Part shown: positions 30,584 through 38,657 of the stretch, one piece after another | How the letters are laid out: each line of letters begins with the position of its first letter | How positions within the stretch are numbered: position 1 is the first letter of the stretch | Virus record (IMG/VR): IMGVR_UViG_3300005611_000005 | Direction: 5' to 3' (one strand) | Length of the DNA stretch: 52,050 bases | Source of the DNA: an uncultured virus (IMG/VR IMGVR_UViG_3300005611_000005) | Taxonomy: Duplodnaviria; Heunggongvirae; Uroviricota; Caudoviricetes | Notes under the pieces: generated by a model | Seen by the model: only the letters and a program-made list of their open reading frames with translations | What the model was told of the DNA's origin: nothing | Database searches by the model: none | Position numbers and translations under genes: made by a program

Positions 30584-30898
30584 ATGAAAACTACGTTACT
30601 TAAATTGGTTATCGGCTTAACCTTAATATACAAAACCATGAAAAAATTGTTTAGCCGCTCATCTTTGATTATGCAAATCTTCCAAGATGATAAAGGAAAT
30701 TATTCTAGCAATCGCTTTGTTGGAATTATGTGTGCACTATCCCTTTGTGTAACTATGTATCACAACCAATTCACTACAGAAGACATTGCTCCTGCTCCTA
30801 TGTTGATTCAATCAGTAGCAGCATTAGCTTTTGGTGCTTTAGGTTTGGGTGCAGCAACTCGCATCTTTAAAAAAGAAAATAACAATGAACAAAATTGA
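30584..30898 (+). CDS. small two-TM membrane protein (holin-like candidate)
   Basis: SSNRF followed by two hydrophobic segments; start may be 30638. Confidence 0.55.
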   Translation: MKTTLLKLVIGLTLIYKTMKKLFSRSSLIMQIFQDDKGNYSSNRFVGIMCALSLCVTMYHNQFTTEDIAPAPMLIQSVAALAFGALGLGAATRIFKKENNNEQN

Positions 30899-31139
30899 AT
30901 TACGAAAACTAATTAAAGAAGAGCTTGCGGCTGTTATGTCGCAAGCTTCTCATGATGACCATGAAATTGAAATGGCAATTACAGATTTAAAATCTATTGC
31001 TAGTAGAGCAGCTCAATTAGTAAAATTTATGGAACAAAACCAGCCACACGAACTAGAGGGCTGGATCCAATCTAAAATTACTAAATCAGCTGACTATATC
31101 AATGCAGTTTACGACAATTTCATGTTTCCTGGTAAATAA
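30885..31139 (+). CDS. hypothetical protein with MNKIELRKLIKEEL leader
   Basis: ATG 30885; E.MA...L and LEGWIQSKIT.S.DY. Confidence 0.7.
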   Translation: MNKIELRKLIKEELAAVMSQASHDDHEIEMAITDLKSIASRAAQLVKFMEQNQPHELEGWIQSKITKSADYINAVYDNFMFPGK

Positions 31140-31145
31140 ATTTTA

Positions 31146-31754
31146 ATGATGTTATTTCGAATAATTTTAGTTACGATTGCGATTAGTATATCTAACAATC
31201 TGTTCGCTCAATGTGCAGGTCAACAATCTTTTACTCTAAACCCTCAACCAACTAACAACACCTATTCTCCAGGTACAGTGGTAACAGTATGTTATACAAT
31301 GACTGGATGGAATGGTACTGGATTTGGGTCTAATTGGCTAGAAGGATTTGACCTTAACTTAGGACCTGGATGGACTTCGGTAATACCTTCAGCAGCTCCA
31401 ATTAACTGTTCTAATGCAGGTCAATGGATTTGGGTTGCAAATACAGTAACTTCTAGCTCAACAGGAATTACAGTAGGTCCTGGATGGTTTTATGAAGGTC
31501 CTGCTGGACCAGTAGATGGTAACCCTGGAAATGATTGGGGAGATTTTGGTACTAACTGTAGTTGGTCTTTTTGCTTTCAACTAATTGCTACTCAACAATG
31601 CACTCCTCAGAATTTATTAATTCAAATAACTGCGGGTGCCGATGGTACATGGGGTAGTTGGGGCATTAATGGATGTCCAACTGTTCCTTTTAATATATTC
31701 AATGGTACAATTAACGGTTCTACAGTTTTAACCTCACCTATATCCCACAATTGA
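31146..31754 (+). CDS. secreted Cys/Trp/Gly-rich beta protein
   Basis: Signal peptide ending LFA-Q; C-terminus TSPISHN. Confidence 0.75.
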   Translation: MMLFRIILVTIAISISNNLFAQCAGQQSFTLNPQPTNNTYSPGTVVTVCYTMTGWNGTGFGSNWLEGFDLNLGPGWTSVIPSAAPINCSNAGQWIWVANTVTSSSTGITVGPGWFYEGPAGPVDGNPGNDWGDFGTNCSWSFCFQLIATQQCTPQNLLIQITAGADGTWGSWGINGCPTVPFNIFNGTINGSTVLTSPISHN

Positions 31755-31755
31755 T

Positions 31756-32298
31756 ATGAAATTTATATTTACGACATTAGCTCTATTTGTTAGCTTTACT
31801 TTAAGTGCTCAGTTTAGTTGCCCTGATACAGTATGTGCTGGCGATTCAATTAATTACTGGGTTCAAAACACTCCAGGCTCTACTTATAATTGGTCATTAA
31901 CTGGAGGAGGAACCTTAATTAATTCGCCATCCAATCAGGTAGCAATTAACTGGGGGCAGGCAAATGGTACTTACACTTTAACTGTTACAGAAACTAACTC
32001 TCAAGGATGTATAGGTAATCCTGTTGTATGTTTGATTGAAATTATGCAACCTGTTGTTCAGCTACTACCAATAGCAAATATCTGTCAAGATTCGCCAGCA
32101 TTTAATTTTCAAGCATTCCCGGCAGGGGGCACGTGGATAGTAAATGGAAACGGATCAGGAGGATTATTTAATCCACTCAACCCAGGTATATATAACGTAA
32201 CTTACACTTACACAAATATAGCAGGTTGTACAACTTCAGCAGGTACATCCTTTACAGTTTACCCATTACCAAACACTTCACCAGTTATCCATGACTAG
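31756..32298 (+). CDS. secreted Ig/PKD-like protein
   Basis: Signal ending LSA-Q; GSTYNW, V.ETN..GC; C-terminus TSPVIHD. Confidence 0.75.
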   Translation: MKFIFTTLALFVSFTLSAQFSCPDTVCAGDSINYWVQNTPGSTYNWSLTGGGTLINSPSNQVAINWGQANGTYTLTVTETNSQGCIGNPVVCLIEIMQPVVQLLPIANICQDSPAFNFQAFPAGGTWIVNGNGSGGLFNPLNPGIYNVTYTYTNIAGCTTSAGTSFTVYPLPNTSPVIHD

Positions 32299-32860
32299 AT
32301 TTGCATTCTTATTATTGCTAGCAATTAGTCCTCTATTCGGTCAACAAAGAGTTGATTTATGCAGGGCATCATCTTTCCAATATTATGCTGTGGAAGGATA
32401 TCCTAATTCAACTTACGAATGGTATATTGATACTATGTTGATTGGCCAGTCAGGCAATACAATTGGTGTACAGTGGCCTGAAGATACAACTAGAACTTAT
32501 GCCATCAAAGTAAGAGAGATAAGTGAATTTAATTGTGAAGGTCCTTATAGAGCATTATATGTTACTGTTAGTCCTTGCTTTACTTTATACATACCTAACT
32601 GTATCACTATTAATGGAGATGGATTAAATGAAACTTTTTCAATCTATGGTGAACAATGGGAATTTACCTCTTTCTATGTTACTATACACGACAGATGGGG
32701 TACTCAATTATTTCAGTCTGAAGATCCTTACTTTGTATGGGATGGTACCTACAACGGGACAATAGTCCCTCAGGGTGTATATACTTATCGTATTAACTAT
32801 ACTCAAAATAAGAAACCATACTACGATAATATTCTTGGACAATTAACACTACTACGATGA
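32291..32860 (+). CDS. secreted protein with T9SS type B C-terminal domain
   Basis: Signal peptide; IPNCIT.NGDGLNE, DRWG, WDG, GVYTY. Confidence 0.82.
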   Translation: MTRFAFLLLLAISPLFGQQRVDLCRASSFQYYAVEGYPNSTYEWYIDTMLIGQSGNTIGVQWPEDTTRTYAIKVREISEFNCEGPYRALYVTVSPCFTLYIPNCITINGDGLNETFSIYGEQWEFTSFYVTIHDRWGTQLFQSEDPYFVWDGTYNGTIVPQGVYTYRINYTQNKKPYYDNILGQLTLLR

Positions 32861-33459
32861 AAAAATCAGAGCTTCAACAAATTATTAGAGAAGAAATCTC
32901 TAATGTATTAAATGAAATGCCTTTAATAACTAAAAAAGGTAAAACAGCTTACGCAGATGGTAAGCCATTAAAATTATCTAATGTCGAAGAATTAGATAAA
33001 AATATAATCATGTATCATGAGAAGCAAGGTAATTGGTTTATAGCTAAAGATACAATTATGTTATGGTTTGTTGATAATGAAAATTACATTGACAAATTAA
33101 ACAGCGGAGAATATGACATAGTGACGTTCCCGATTAGGACATCATCTAATGCCTTTACTGTTAGTCCTATCACTGATGTATGGAAACTTTCAAAGTCACG
33201 TGGTAAGAAAGAAGTATTAGGTATGATTAATGCATACTTATATAAAGATGAGTTAGTTATAGAAATGATGTCAGTACGAGGTGCGTGGCAAGGTAATCGA
33301 ATCAACTCATTAATGATAGATTCTCTTAAAAGTTCATTTCCAGGCAAAACATTAGCATTTGAAGATCCTACAAAAGACGGATGGGCATTTATTGAAAAAT
33401 ACGCTCCTGATGCTAAAGTTTATGAAGATGGTAAAGTTGTACAAAATAAAGTTGCTTAA
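32857..33459 (+). CDS. GNAT-like acetyltransferase with MKKSELQQIIREEI leader
   Basis: IEMMSV...WQGNRI..LM (motif A-like), T.DG..F. Confidence 0.55.
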   Translation: MKKSELQQIIREEISNVLNEMPLITKKGKTAYADGKPLKLSNVEELDKNIIMYHEKQGNWFIAKDTIMLWFVDNENYIDKLNSGEYDIVTFPIRTSSNAFTVSPITDVWKLSKSRGKKEVLGMINAYLYKDELVIEMMSVRGAWQGNRINSLMIDSLKSSFPGKTLAFEDPTKDGWAFIEKYAPDAKVYEDGKVVQNKVA

Positions 33460-33462
33460 ATA

Positions 33463-33494
33463 TTTGTTTCTTTGTTTTAATTTACTTATCTTTA
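33463..33494 (+). promoter_or_regulatory. Bacteroidota sigma-A-type (early) promoter
   Basis: TTTG-N20-TATCTTTA. Confidence 0.75.
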
Positions 33495-33520
33495 GATATA
33501 GAAATTAAAAAGCAAATATT

Positions 33521-33757
33521 ATGGACGTAAAATTATCAATTGTAATCAAACATCATTTAAACATGGCTAGGTTTTACTCTGCCAATCCAGATTTCGAGGT
33601 GGATGAGTCATCAGCATCGGAGTTAGCTGTACAGCATATCGACTTTGTTCAGTACCTGCTTGATAATCGAGCTGATCTATATAGAATTTCAGATGAAGAG
33701 GCTAATGAGATATGGAACAAAGTAAACGGTGAAACCCCCACCAACATAGTAAAATAA
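33521..33757 (+). CDS. hypothetical protein
   Basis: ORF directly behind promoter. Confidence 0.65.
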   Translation: MDVKLSIVIKHHLNMARFYSANPDFEVDESSASELAVQHIDFVQYLLDNRADLYRISDEEANEIWNKVNGETPTNIVK

Positions 33758-33758
33758 A

Positions 33759-33790
33759 TTTGGCTCTTTGATCTATTTTATTTATCTTTA
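33759..33790 (+). promoter_or_regulatory. Bacteroidota sigma-A-type (early) promoter
   Basis: TTTG-N20-TATCTTTA. Confidence 0.75.
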
Positions 33791-33810
33791 GATATAGAAA
33801 TTAAAAAGTT

Positions 33811-33969
33811 ATGAGATACATTGTTAAAGTAGCTAAAAACGGTGAAATCAGAAACATCCATCACACAAATGACTACTCAAGTGCATTTGAAGTAGAAAAA
33901 ACAGCTAAGCTATTAAATTACGATGCTGTTTGGATTTGCGATTGTTTAATGGAAATTTTAGTAGGTTAA
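33811..33969 (+). CDS. hypothetical protein (not in ORF track)
   Basis: 52-aa ORF MRYIVKVAKNG... behind promoter. Confidence 0.65.
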   Translation: MRYIVKVAKNGEIRNIHHTNDYSSAFEVEKTAKLLNYDAVWICDCLMEILVG

Positions 33970-33987
33970 TTAAATAAAAATAGAGTT

Positions 33988-34287
33988 ATGACAAATTTTG
34001 CATCAACAAACAACAGAGGGTTTCAAATGACATTTGAGAATGGCTGGACCATTTCAGTTCAATTTGGATATGGTAATTATTGTTCTAATAGGAACCATCC
34101 AGACGGGTGGTACGCATCTAAAGATGTAGAGTATTTTTCATGCCCTGATGCTGAGATTGCCATTTGGGATTCGTTTGGGGAACATTATAATTTTGGGCAT
34201 GATACCGTTAAAGACTACTGCTCAACGGATGAAGTTGCTGAATGGATTACTAAGGTATCTCATCCAGAGTTTGGCTCCACCAAATAG
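33988..34287 (+). CDS. hypothetical phage protein (paralogue of 47020)
   Basis: GFQMTFENGWTISVQFG...AEIAI. Confidence 0.7.
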   Translation: MTNFASTNNRGFQMTFENGWTISVQFGYGNYCSNRNHPDGWYASKDVEYFSCPDAEIAIWDSFGEHYNFGHDTVKDYCSTDEVAEWITKVSHPEFGSTK

Positions 34288-34301
34288 TCTACGTATATTT
34301 A
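34270..34301 (+). promoter_or_regulatory. Bacteroidota sigma-A-type (early) promoter
   Basis: TTTG-N20-TATATTTA. Confidence 0.7.
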
Positions 34302-34327
34302 CATAAGAAATTAAAAATAAAACAGTT

Positions 34328-34825
34328 ATGACATTCAAAGAACTTTTAATCAAATTAGACGCTTGCGAAAGAGCAAAAGAATGGGTAGGAGATATGACTA
34401 TCGAAGAATTAGTTGCAACCTGCGACCGAGGCGATTGGGGGCTTTGGCTTGCAAAAAAAGTTGATGTAGATTTGCGACTTCGCACATTAGCGAAAGGGCA
34501 TTGTGCAAACACAGTTAGGCATTTAATGAAAGATGAGCGAAGCCTAAACGCTGTTGATGTAGCTATTGCATTTGGAGAAGGTAAGGCTACACGTGAAGAG
34601 TTAGATGCTGCTGCTTATGCTGCTGCTTATGCTGCTGATGCCGCTGCTGCTGATGCTTATGCTGCTGCTGCTGCTGCTTTTGTTGCTTATGCTGCTGCTG
34701 ATGCTGCTATTGCTACTGCTGATGCTTATGCTGCTGCTGCCAACCGCCAACAAGCCGCCGACATCTGCCACCAGTATATCGGTGAAGCTTTAATCGAAAA
34801 AGTAAACCAATTATTAACCAAATAA
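34328..34825 (+). CDS. phage protein with Ala-rich low-complexity tract (Imm5-like)
   Basis: C.RGDW.LW, D.RS..A, AT.EEL then AAAY/AAD repeats. Confidence 0.7.
   Translation: MTFKELLIKLDACERAKEWVGDMTIEELVATCDRGDWGLWLAKKVDVDLRLRTLAKGHCANTVRHLMKDERSLNAVDVAIAFGEGKATREELDAAAYAAAYAADAAAADAYAAAAAAFVAYAAADAAIATADAYAAAANRQQAADICHQYIGEALIEKVNQLLTK
34604..34741 (+). repeat. degenerate GCT trinucleotide tract
   Basis: Runs of gct interrupted by tat/gat codons. Confidence 0.85.
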
Positions 34826-34838
34826 ACTAAAAACAGTT

Positions 34839-35063
34839 ATGAGTGAATCACTTGCTAATTTTTATCAACAAGAGTATTCCGATGCACAAAAACGTATTTC
34901 AAAGTTTGCTCAGGCATATGGTATGTTTACAGGTACTTTGAAATGTATTGAAGATGGTTCAATGACAAAGGAAGAAATCCGTAAACGTATTGAAGCTATG
35001 GAAGTTGATATTTGGAATCAAATACAAGATAAATCTGTAGCCATTTTAACCCTACCTGAATGA
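34839..35063 (+). CDS. hypothetical protein
   Basis: ORF with aaaacagttATG leader. Confidence 0.65.
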   Translation: MSESLANFYQQEYSDAQKRISKFAQAYGMFTGTLKCIEDGSMTKEEIRKRIEAMEVDIWNQIQDKSVAILTLPE

Positions 35064-35200
35064 TTGGATTCTCTATAAGCACAATAGTCTCTCAGTTGTA
35101 TGTGTTCCCAACCATTAAGGTTACATACTCCAGACAGTTAAATGATAACTATGAACTGTCAATAGGGTGGATTTGTTGGGAATTAACTATGGCTTTTTGA
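35060..35200 (+). CDS. hypothetical small protein (not in ORF track)
   Basis: 46-aa ORF, ATGA overlap. Confidence 0.5.
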   Translation: MIGFSISTIVSQLYVFPTIKVTYSRQLNDNYELSIGWICWELTMAF

Positions 35201-35271
35201 GTGAAGCGAGGTCGTTTTTACTTTAGATTGATATTTATATTAAAAGCATAACCTAACAATAAAAACAAACT

Positions 35272-35604
35272 ATGAAAAAATCAGAACTAAGACAACTTAT
35301 TAGAGAAGAAATCTCTAAAGTATCACCTACAAATGAGATTAGCTGGAACCTTTTAGGCCGAAGTGGTAAGAATCCCGAAGCTGCATTAGATAGAATATTC
35401 TATAAATTTGCTGAACCATCGTATAAAGCCTTCCTAACCCTTGTTCGAGAGTTAAAGCAATTTAAAAACAGCGAAATGGCTACCTCTGGTGGGGTTGATG
35501 TAGATGAACTTATAAATACTCGTATGAGGGAATTTCTCGAGGACACATATGATATTGAAGGACTTGAATCGTATGACTTTGTCAACACCCAACAGATTAA
35601 ATAA
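35272..35604 (+). CDS. hypothetical protein with MKKSELRQLIREEI leader
   Basis: Shared leader; ATATTTAT at 35231. Confidence 0.7.
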   Translation: MKKSELRQLIREEISKVSPTNEISWNLLGRSGKNPEAALDRIFYKFAEPSYKAFLTLVRELKQFKNSEMATSGGVDVDELINTRMREFLEDTYDIEGLESYDFVNTQQIK

Positions 35605-35606
35605 CT

Positions 35607-36101
35607 ATGAAAAAATCAGAATTAAGAAAATTAATTAGAGAATCAATAAAATCAGTTTTAACCGAGGCAAGTGTTGAGGATTTTAGAAATACACCATCTG
35701 ACCCACCGAATGAATCTATGATAAGATTGATTCTTACGAGAAGGGTGGATGGAAAAACTGCTGTTTATCGTTTAGAAAAAGATAATTGGTTTAGAAGATA
35801 CCAAAATCCTGGTAAGGGGTATGGTTTAATGATTAGAAAATTTAGTATAGGAAATCAACCTATATCGATAAAACCAAATCAGGAAATTGGGCCACACCAT
35901 TCGGTATTTAACGCTTTGATAACTTATTTACCAACCAAATTTGATAATACCGATGATGATATTCCTGCAAACTATGAAACTGTAAAAGGATATGTATTTT
36001 TAGGAACGAAAGCATTTACTGGGTTTGAGATGCAGCAGGTATTATCACCAAAGGATATTGAAACATTTGTTAAAATGAATATATCTAATTATACACCATA
36101 A
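35607..36101 (+). CDS. hypothetical protein with MKKSELRKLIRESI leader
   Basis: Shared leader. Confidence 0.7.
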   Translation: MKKSELRKLIRESIKSVLTEASVEDFRNTPSDPPNESMIRLILTRRVDGKTAVYRLEKDNWFRRYQNPGKGYGLMIRKFSIGNQPISIKPNQEIGPHHSVFNALITYLPTKFDNTDDDIPANYETVKGYVFLGTKAFTGFEMQQVLSPKDIETFVKMNISNYTP

Positions 36102-36114
36102 TTTGAGGTTAATT

Positions 36115-36372
36115 ATGAAAAAATCCGAACTACAACAAATTATTAAAGAGGAAATCTCTAAAGTATTAAATGAAACTACAAATATTGATACTAAGGGAGA
36201 TACTAAACCTGGTATGAGCCTAATAAATAAAAATATAAATGGTGTTGATACTACTATGGTTAAAGTAAATGATTATTTTTACTATAATGGGGTAATTCAA
36301 GATGAAAAATTTTTGATGAAATTACAAGATGGTTTTGCAAAAGTTTGGGATAACTTAACATCCAACAATTAA
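36115..36372 (+). CDS. hypothetical protein with MKKSELQQIIKEEI leader
   Basis: ATG 36115; shared leader. Confidence 0.7.
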   Translation: MKKSELQQIIKEEISKVLNETTNIDTKGDTKPGMSLINKNINGVDTTMVKVNDYFYYNGVIQDEKFLMKLQDGFAKVWDNLTSNN

Positions 36373-36415
36373 AGCACCTTTGTCAACACCCAACAGATTA
36401 AATAATTAAATAACT

Positions 36416-36688
36416 ATGAAAAAATCAGAATTACAACAAATTATCAGGGAAGAGATTTCTAAAGCATTAAATGATGCTTCAAATTTAAAATTTAAAGACC
36501 TACAAATAGGTCAAAAATTTCTAAGATTTGGAGAGAATGGTCAAATGTGGGAAAAGGTAAATAATAAACAAGCTAAATTTATAAAAAATGTTGGTAAGAA
36601 AACCGCACCCTTTAATAAACCGGTAGGTACGCATAATGTGTTTCCACAAACAATGGATGTAACAATATCAATCACACCCATCAATTAA
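36416..36688 (+). CDS. hypothetical protein with MKKSELQQIIREEI leader
   Basis: Shared leader. Confidence 0.7.
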   Translation: MKKSELQQIIREEISKALNDASNLKFKDLQIGQKFLRFGENGQMWEKVNNKQAKFIKNVGKKTAPFNKPVGTHNVFPQTMDVTISITPIN

Positions 36689-36732
36689 AGCACCTTTCTC
36701 AAAGTTAACATATTTATAATAAACAATAAACT

Positions 36733-37536
36733 ATGATACTAAAACTAGGAAGTAAAGATAAACTTGTTGAACAAGTGCAAAAGAAAGTTGGAGTTGCCAT
36801 TAATGGTAACTTTGATTCTATAACTGAGGCTGCTGTTAAAGCATGGCAAAAGGCAAACGGTCTAAAAGACGACGGTATAGTAGGACCTGCTACATTAGGT
36901 AAAATGGGCATTTCCCTTACCCCAACAGCTGCTACTCCCACCTCTACAGCTGGTACTTACTCTAAAGAAAAAATTGAAACAGCTGTTAAAGCCAAAGGGT
37001 ACAAGTGGTTTGAGGGAAAAGATTATCATCTAAATATAGTAGGAGTACGTAATTCCGACACTGGTAAAAAAGTAACCAATGTATTTGATGACAAACTTAC
37101 TATCAGTTACCAAGTCAATGGTCAATGGGTTTACAAAGAATGGACCATTACTACAGATCCTGGCACTAAAGGAGTTAGAGAATATCATAATGCCGCTGGA
37201 GTTGCTCGTCTAGTACCTGGTCAATATATTGACTCTCATTTTCTAGGTAAACACCAAGGTAAGTATGATGCCCTAAAACAAATTAGAAACGTAAAAGTAT
37301 ATCGTGATCCTAATCGCGATATGACGTATGATGAAACCAAAATTCAAGAAGGTGTATTTGGCATCAACATTCACAAAGCAGGTAGAGATTCTACGTATGT
37401 AGAGAACTGGTCTGAAGGATGTCAGGTGTTCAAAAGAGCAGCTGATTTCAATTCCATGATGGAAATTGTGAGACAAGCTAATGCTGCTGGATTTAAAGCA
37501 TTCACATATACTCTTATTGAATCCAAAGATCTGTGA
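36733..37536 (+). CDS. putative endolysin: peptidoglycan-binding domain plus L,D-transpeptidase-like catalytic domain
   Basis: T.AAVK.WQ...GL..DGIVGP.T (PG_binding_1); GINIH...WSEGCQV (H...SxGC). Confidence 0.75.
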   Translation: MILKLGSKDKLVEQVQKKVGVAINGNFDSITEAAVKAWQKANGLKDDGIVGPATLGKMGISLTPTAATPTSTAGTYSKEKIETAVKAKGYKWFEGKDYHLNIVGVRNSDTGKKVTNVFDDKLTISYQVNGQWVYKEWTITTDPGTKGVREYHNAAGVARLVPGQYIDSHFLGKHQGKYDALKQIRNVKVYRDPNRDMTYDETKIQEGVFGINIHKAGRDSTYVENWSEGCQVFKRAADFNSMMEIVRQANAAGFKAFTYTLIESKDL

Positions 37537-37559
37537 TAATACATTATTAGAAGAGAAAG

Positions 37560-37586
37560 GCACATTAATTAATGTGCTTTTTTTTT
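37560..37586 (+). terminator. intrinsic terminator
   Basis: GCACATTAATTAATGTGC palindrome followed by T9. Confidence 0.75.
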
Positions 37587-37595
37587 GTTTGATAA

Positions 37596-37627
37596 TTTGG
37601 TTCTTTGAACTATTTTACTTATCTTTA
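37596..37627 (+). promoter_or_regulatory. Bacteroidota sigma-A-type (early) promoter
   Basis: TTTG-N20-TATCTTTA. Confidence 0.75.
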
Positions 37628-37657
37628 GATATAAGAAATTTAAAAACAAAAACAGTT

Positions 37658-37864
37658 ATGAAAGAATCAATCGGAGCAATTTTAGGAGTAGTAGCAATTG
37701 TAGCACTAATTGCAGTTATCTTAGCACTACCAACAATGTTATTATGGAACTCGTGTTTGGTACCAGCAATTAATGGTGTCAATGAAATTGGATTTTTCCA
37801 AGCACTAGGTATTATAACATTATGTTACTTTCTATTTTGGGGTACTTCATTAAAAAATAAGTAA
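37658..37864 (+). CDS. small membrane protein
   Basis: ATG 37658; LLWN...P....IGFFQALG. Confidence 0.7.
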   Translation: MKESIGAILGVVAIVALIAVILALPTMLLWNSCLVPAINGVNEIGFFQALGIITLCYFLFWGTSLKNK

Positions 37865-37867
37865 ATT

Positions 37868-38656
37868 ATGAAAAACGTACATTTAATACCAACAGAAAAA
37901 CCAAGTAGGTTGTACAAACAAACGGGAGCATTAGTTTTAGATAAATTATCAGAGGTATCTAACGATGGTATATCTATAAACCAACACCTCTACATCACTT
38001 CTGATGAAGAAATTAAAGAAGAAGATTGGGTTATTGCAATAGAAGGTATTTGGAAAAACACAATAACTAAAATTACAGGAACACCAATAACTGATGTTTG
38101 GAGGAAAATTATTTTGACAACAGACCAAGACCTAATCAAAGAAGGTGTACAAGCTATTGATGATGAGTTCTTGTGGTGGTTTTCAGAAAATCCAAGTTGT
38201 GAGAGTGTTGAGATTGAAAATAAAAAAGTACTCGTTGGTTGGGAGCCTGACTATACTTATGAGGATTTAGGGATTGATGGAAGCAAAAATGTTTATCATA
38301 ATTTTTATAAAATCATCATCCCACAAGAAGAACCTAAACAAGAATGCTCACAATTAGGAACAAAAGAACTTAATGATTTAGCTTCCGCTTTTTTTGCAGG
38401 AAAACTTAATCATCTAGCTTCTGCTTATTTTGGAGGAGAAGCTAAACAAGAAACACTTGAAGAAGCTGCTGAAAATATGCGAAAAAAATGGCTTAATGGA
38501 AATATAAATATTACCAATATTTTTATAGAAGGCGCTAATTGGCAAGCTGAAAGAATACCTTCTATCATTGAAGAGTATTTAGAAACAGCTTTTATATCTA
38601 AAGAACAGGGATACATGAATCCACAAAAATGGTTTGAACAATTTAAAAAGAAGTAA
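37868..38656 (+). CDS. hypothetical mosaic phage protein
   Basis: YITSDEEIKE, KIILTTD.DL, ETLEEAA modules. Confidence 0.7.
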   Translation: MKNVHLIPTEKPSRLYKQTGALVLDKLSEVSNDGISINQHLYITSDEEIKEEDWVIAIEGIWKNTITKITGTPITDVWRKIILTTDQDLIKEGVQAIDDEFLWWFSENPSCESVEIENKKVLVGWEPDYTYEDLGIDGSKNVYHNFYKIIIPQEEPKQECSQLGTKELNDLASAFFAGKLNHLASAYFGGEAKQETLEEAAENMRKKWLNGNINITNIFIEGANWQAERIPSIIEEYLETAFISKEQGYMNPQKWFEQFKKK

Positions 38657-38657
38657 T

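Larger units (their letters stand above)
35577..36405 (+). repeat. 28-bp direct repeat pair (35577-35604, 36378-36405)
   Basis: ctttgtcaacacccaacagattaaataa identical in both copies. Confidence 0.85.

Noticed and set aside
31146..32860. Three secreted genes as a frameshifted pseudogene of one adhesin
   Set aside because: Each ORF has its own signal peptide and an orderly start-stop junction
34605..34793. Poly-Leu/Met ORF
   Set aside because: Alternative-frame reading of the GCT repeat inside the Ala-rich gene
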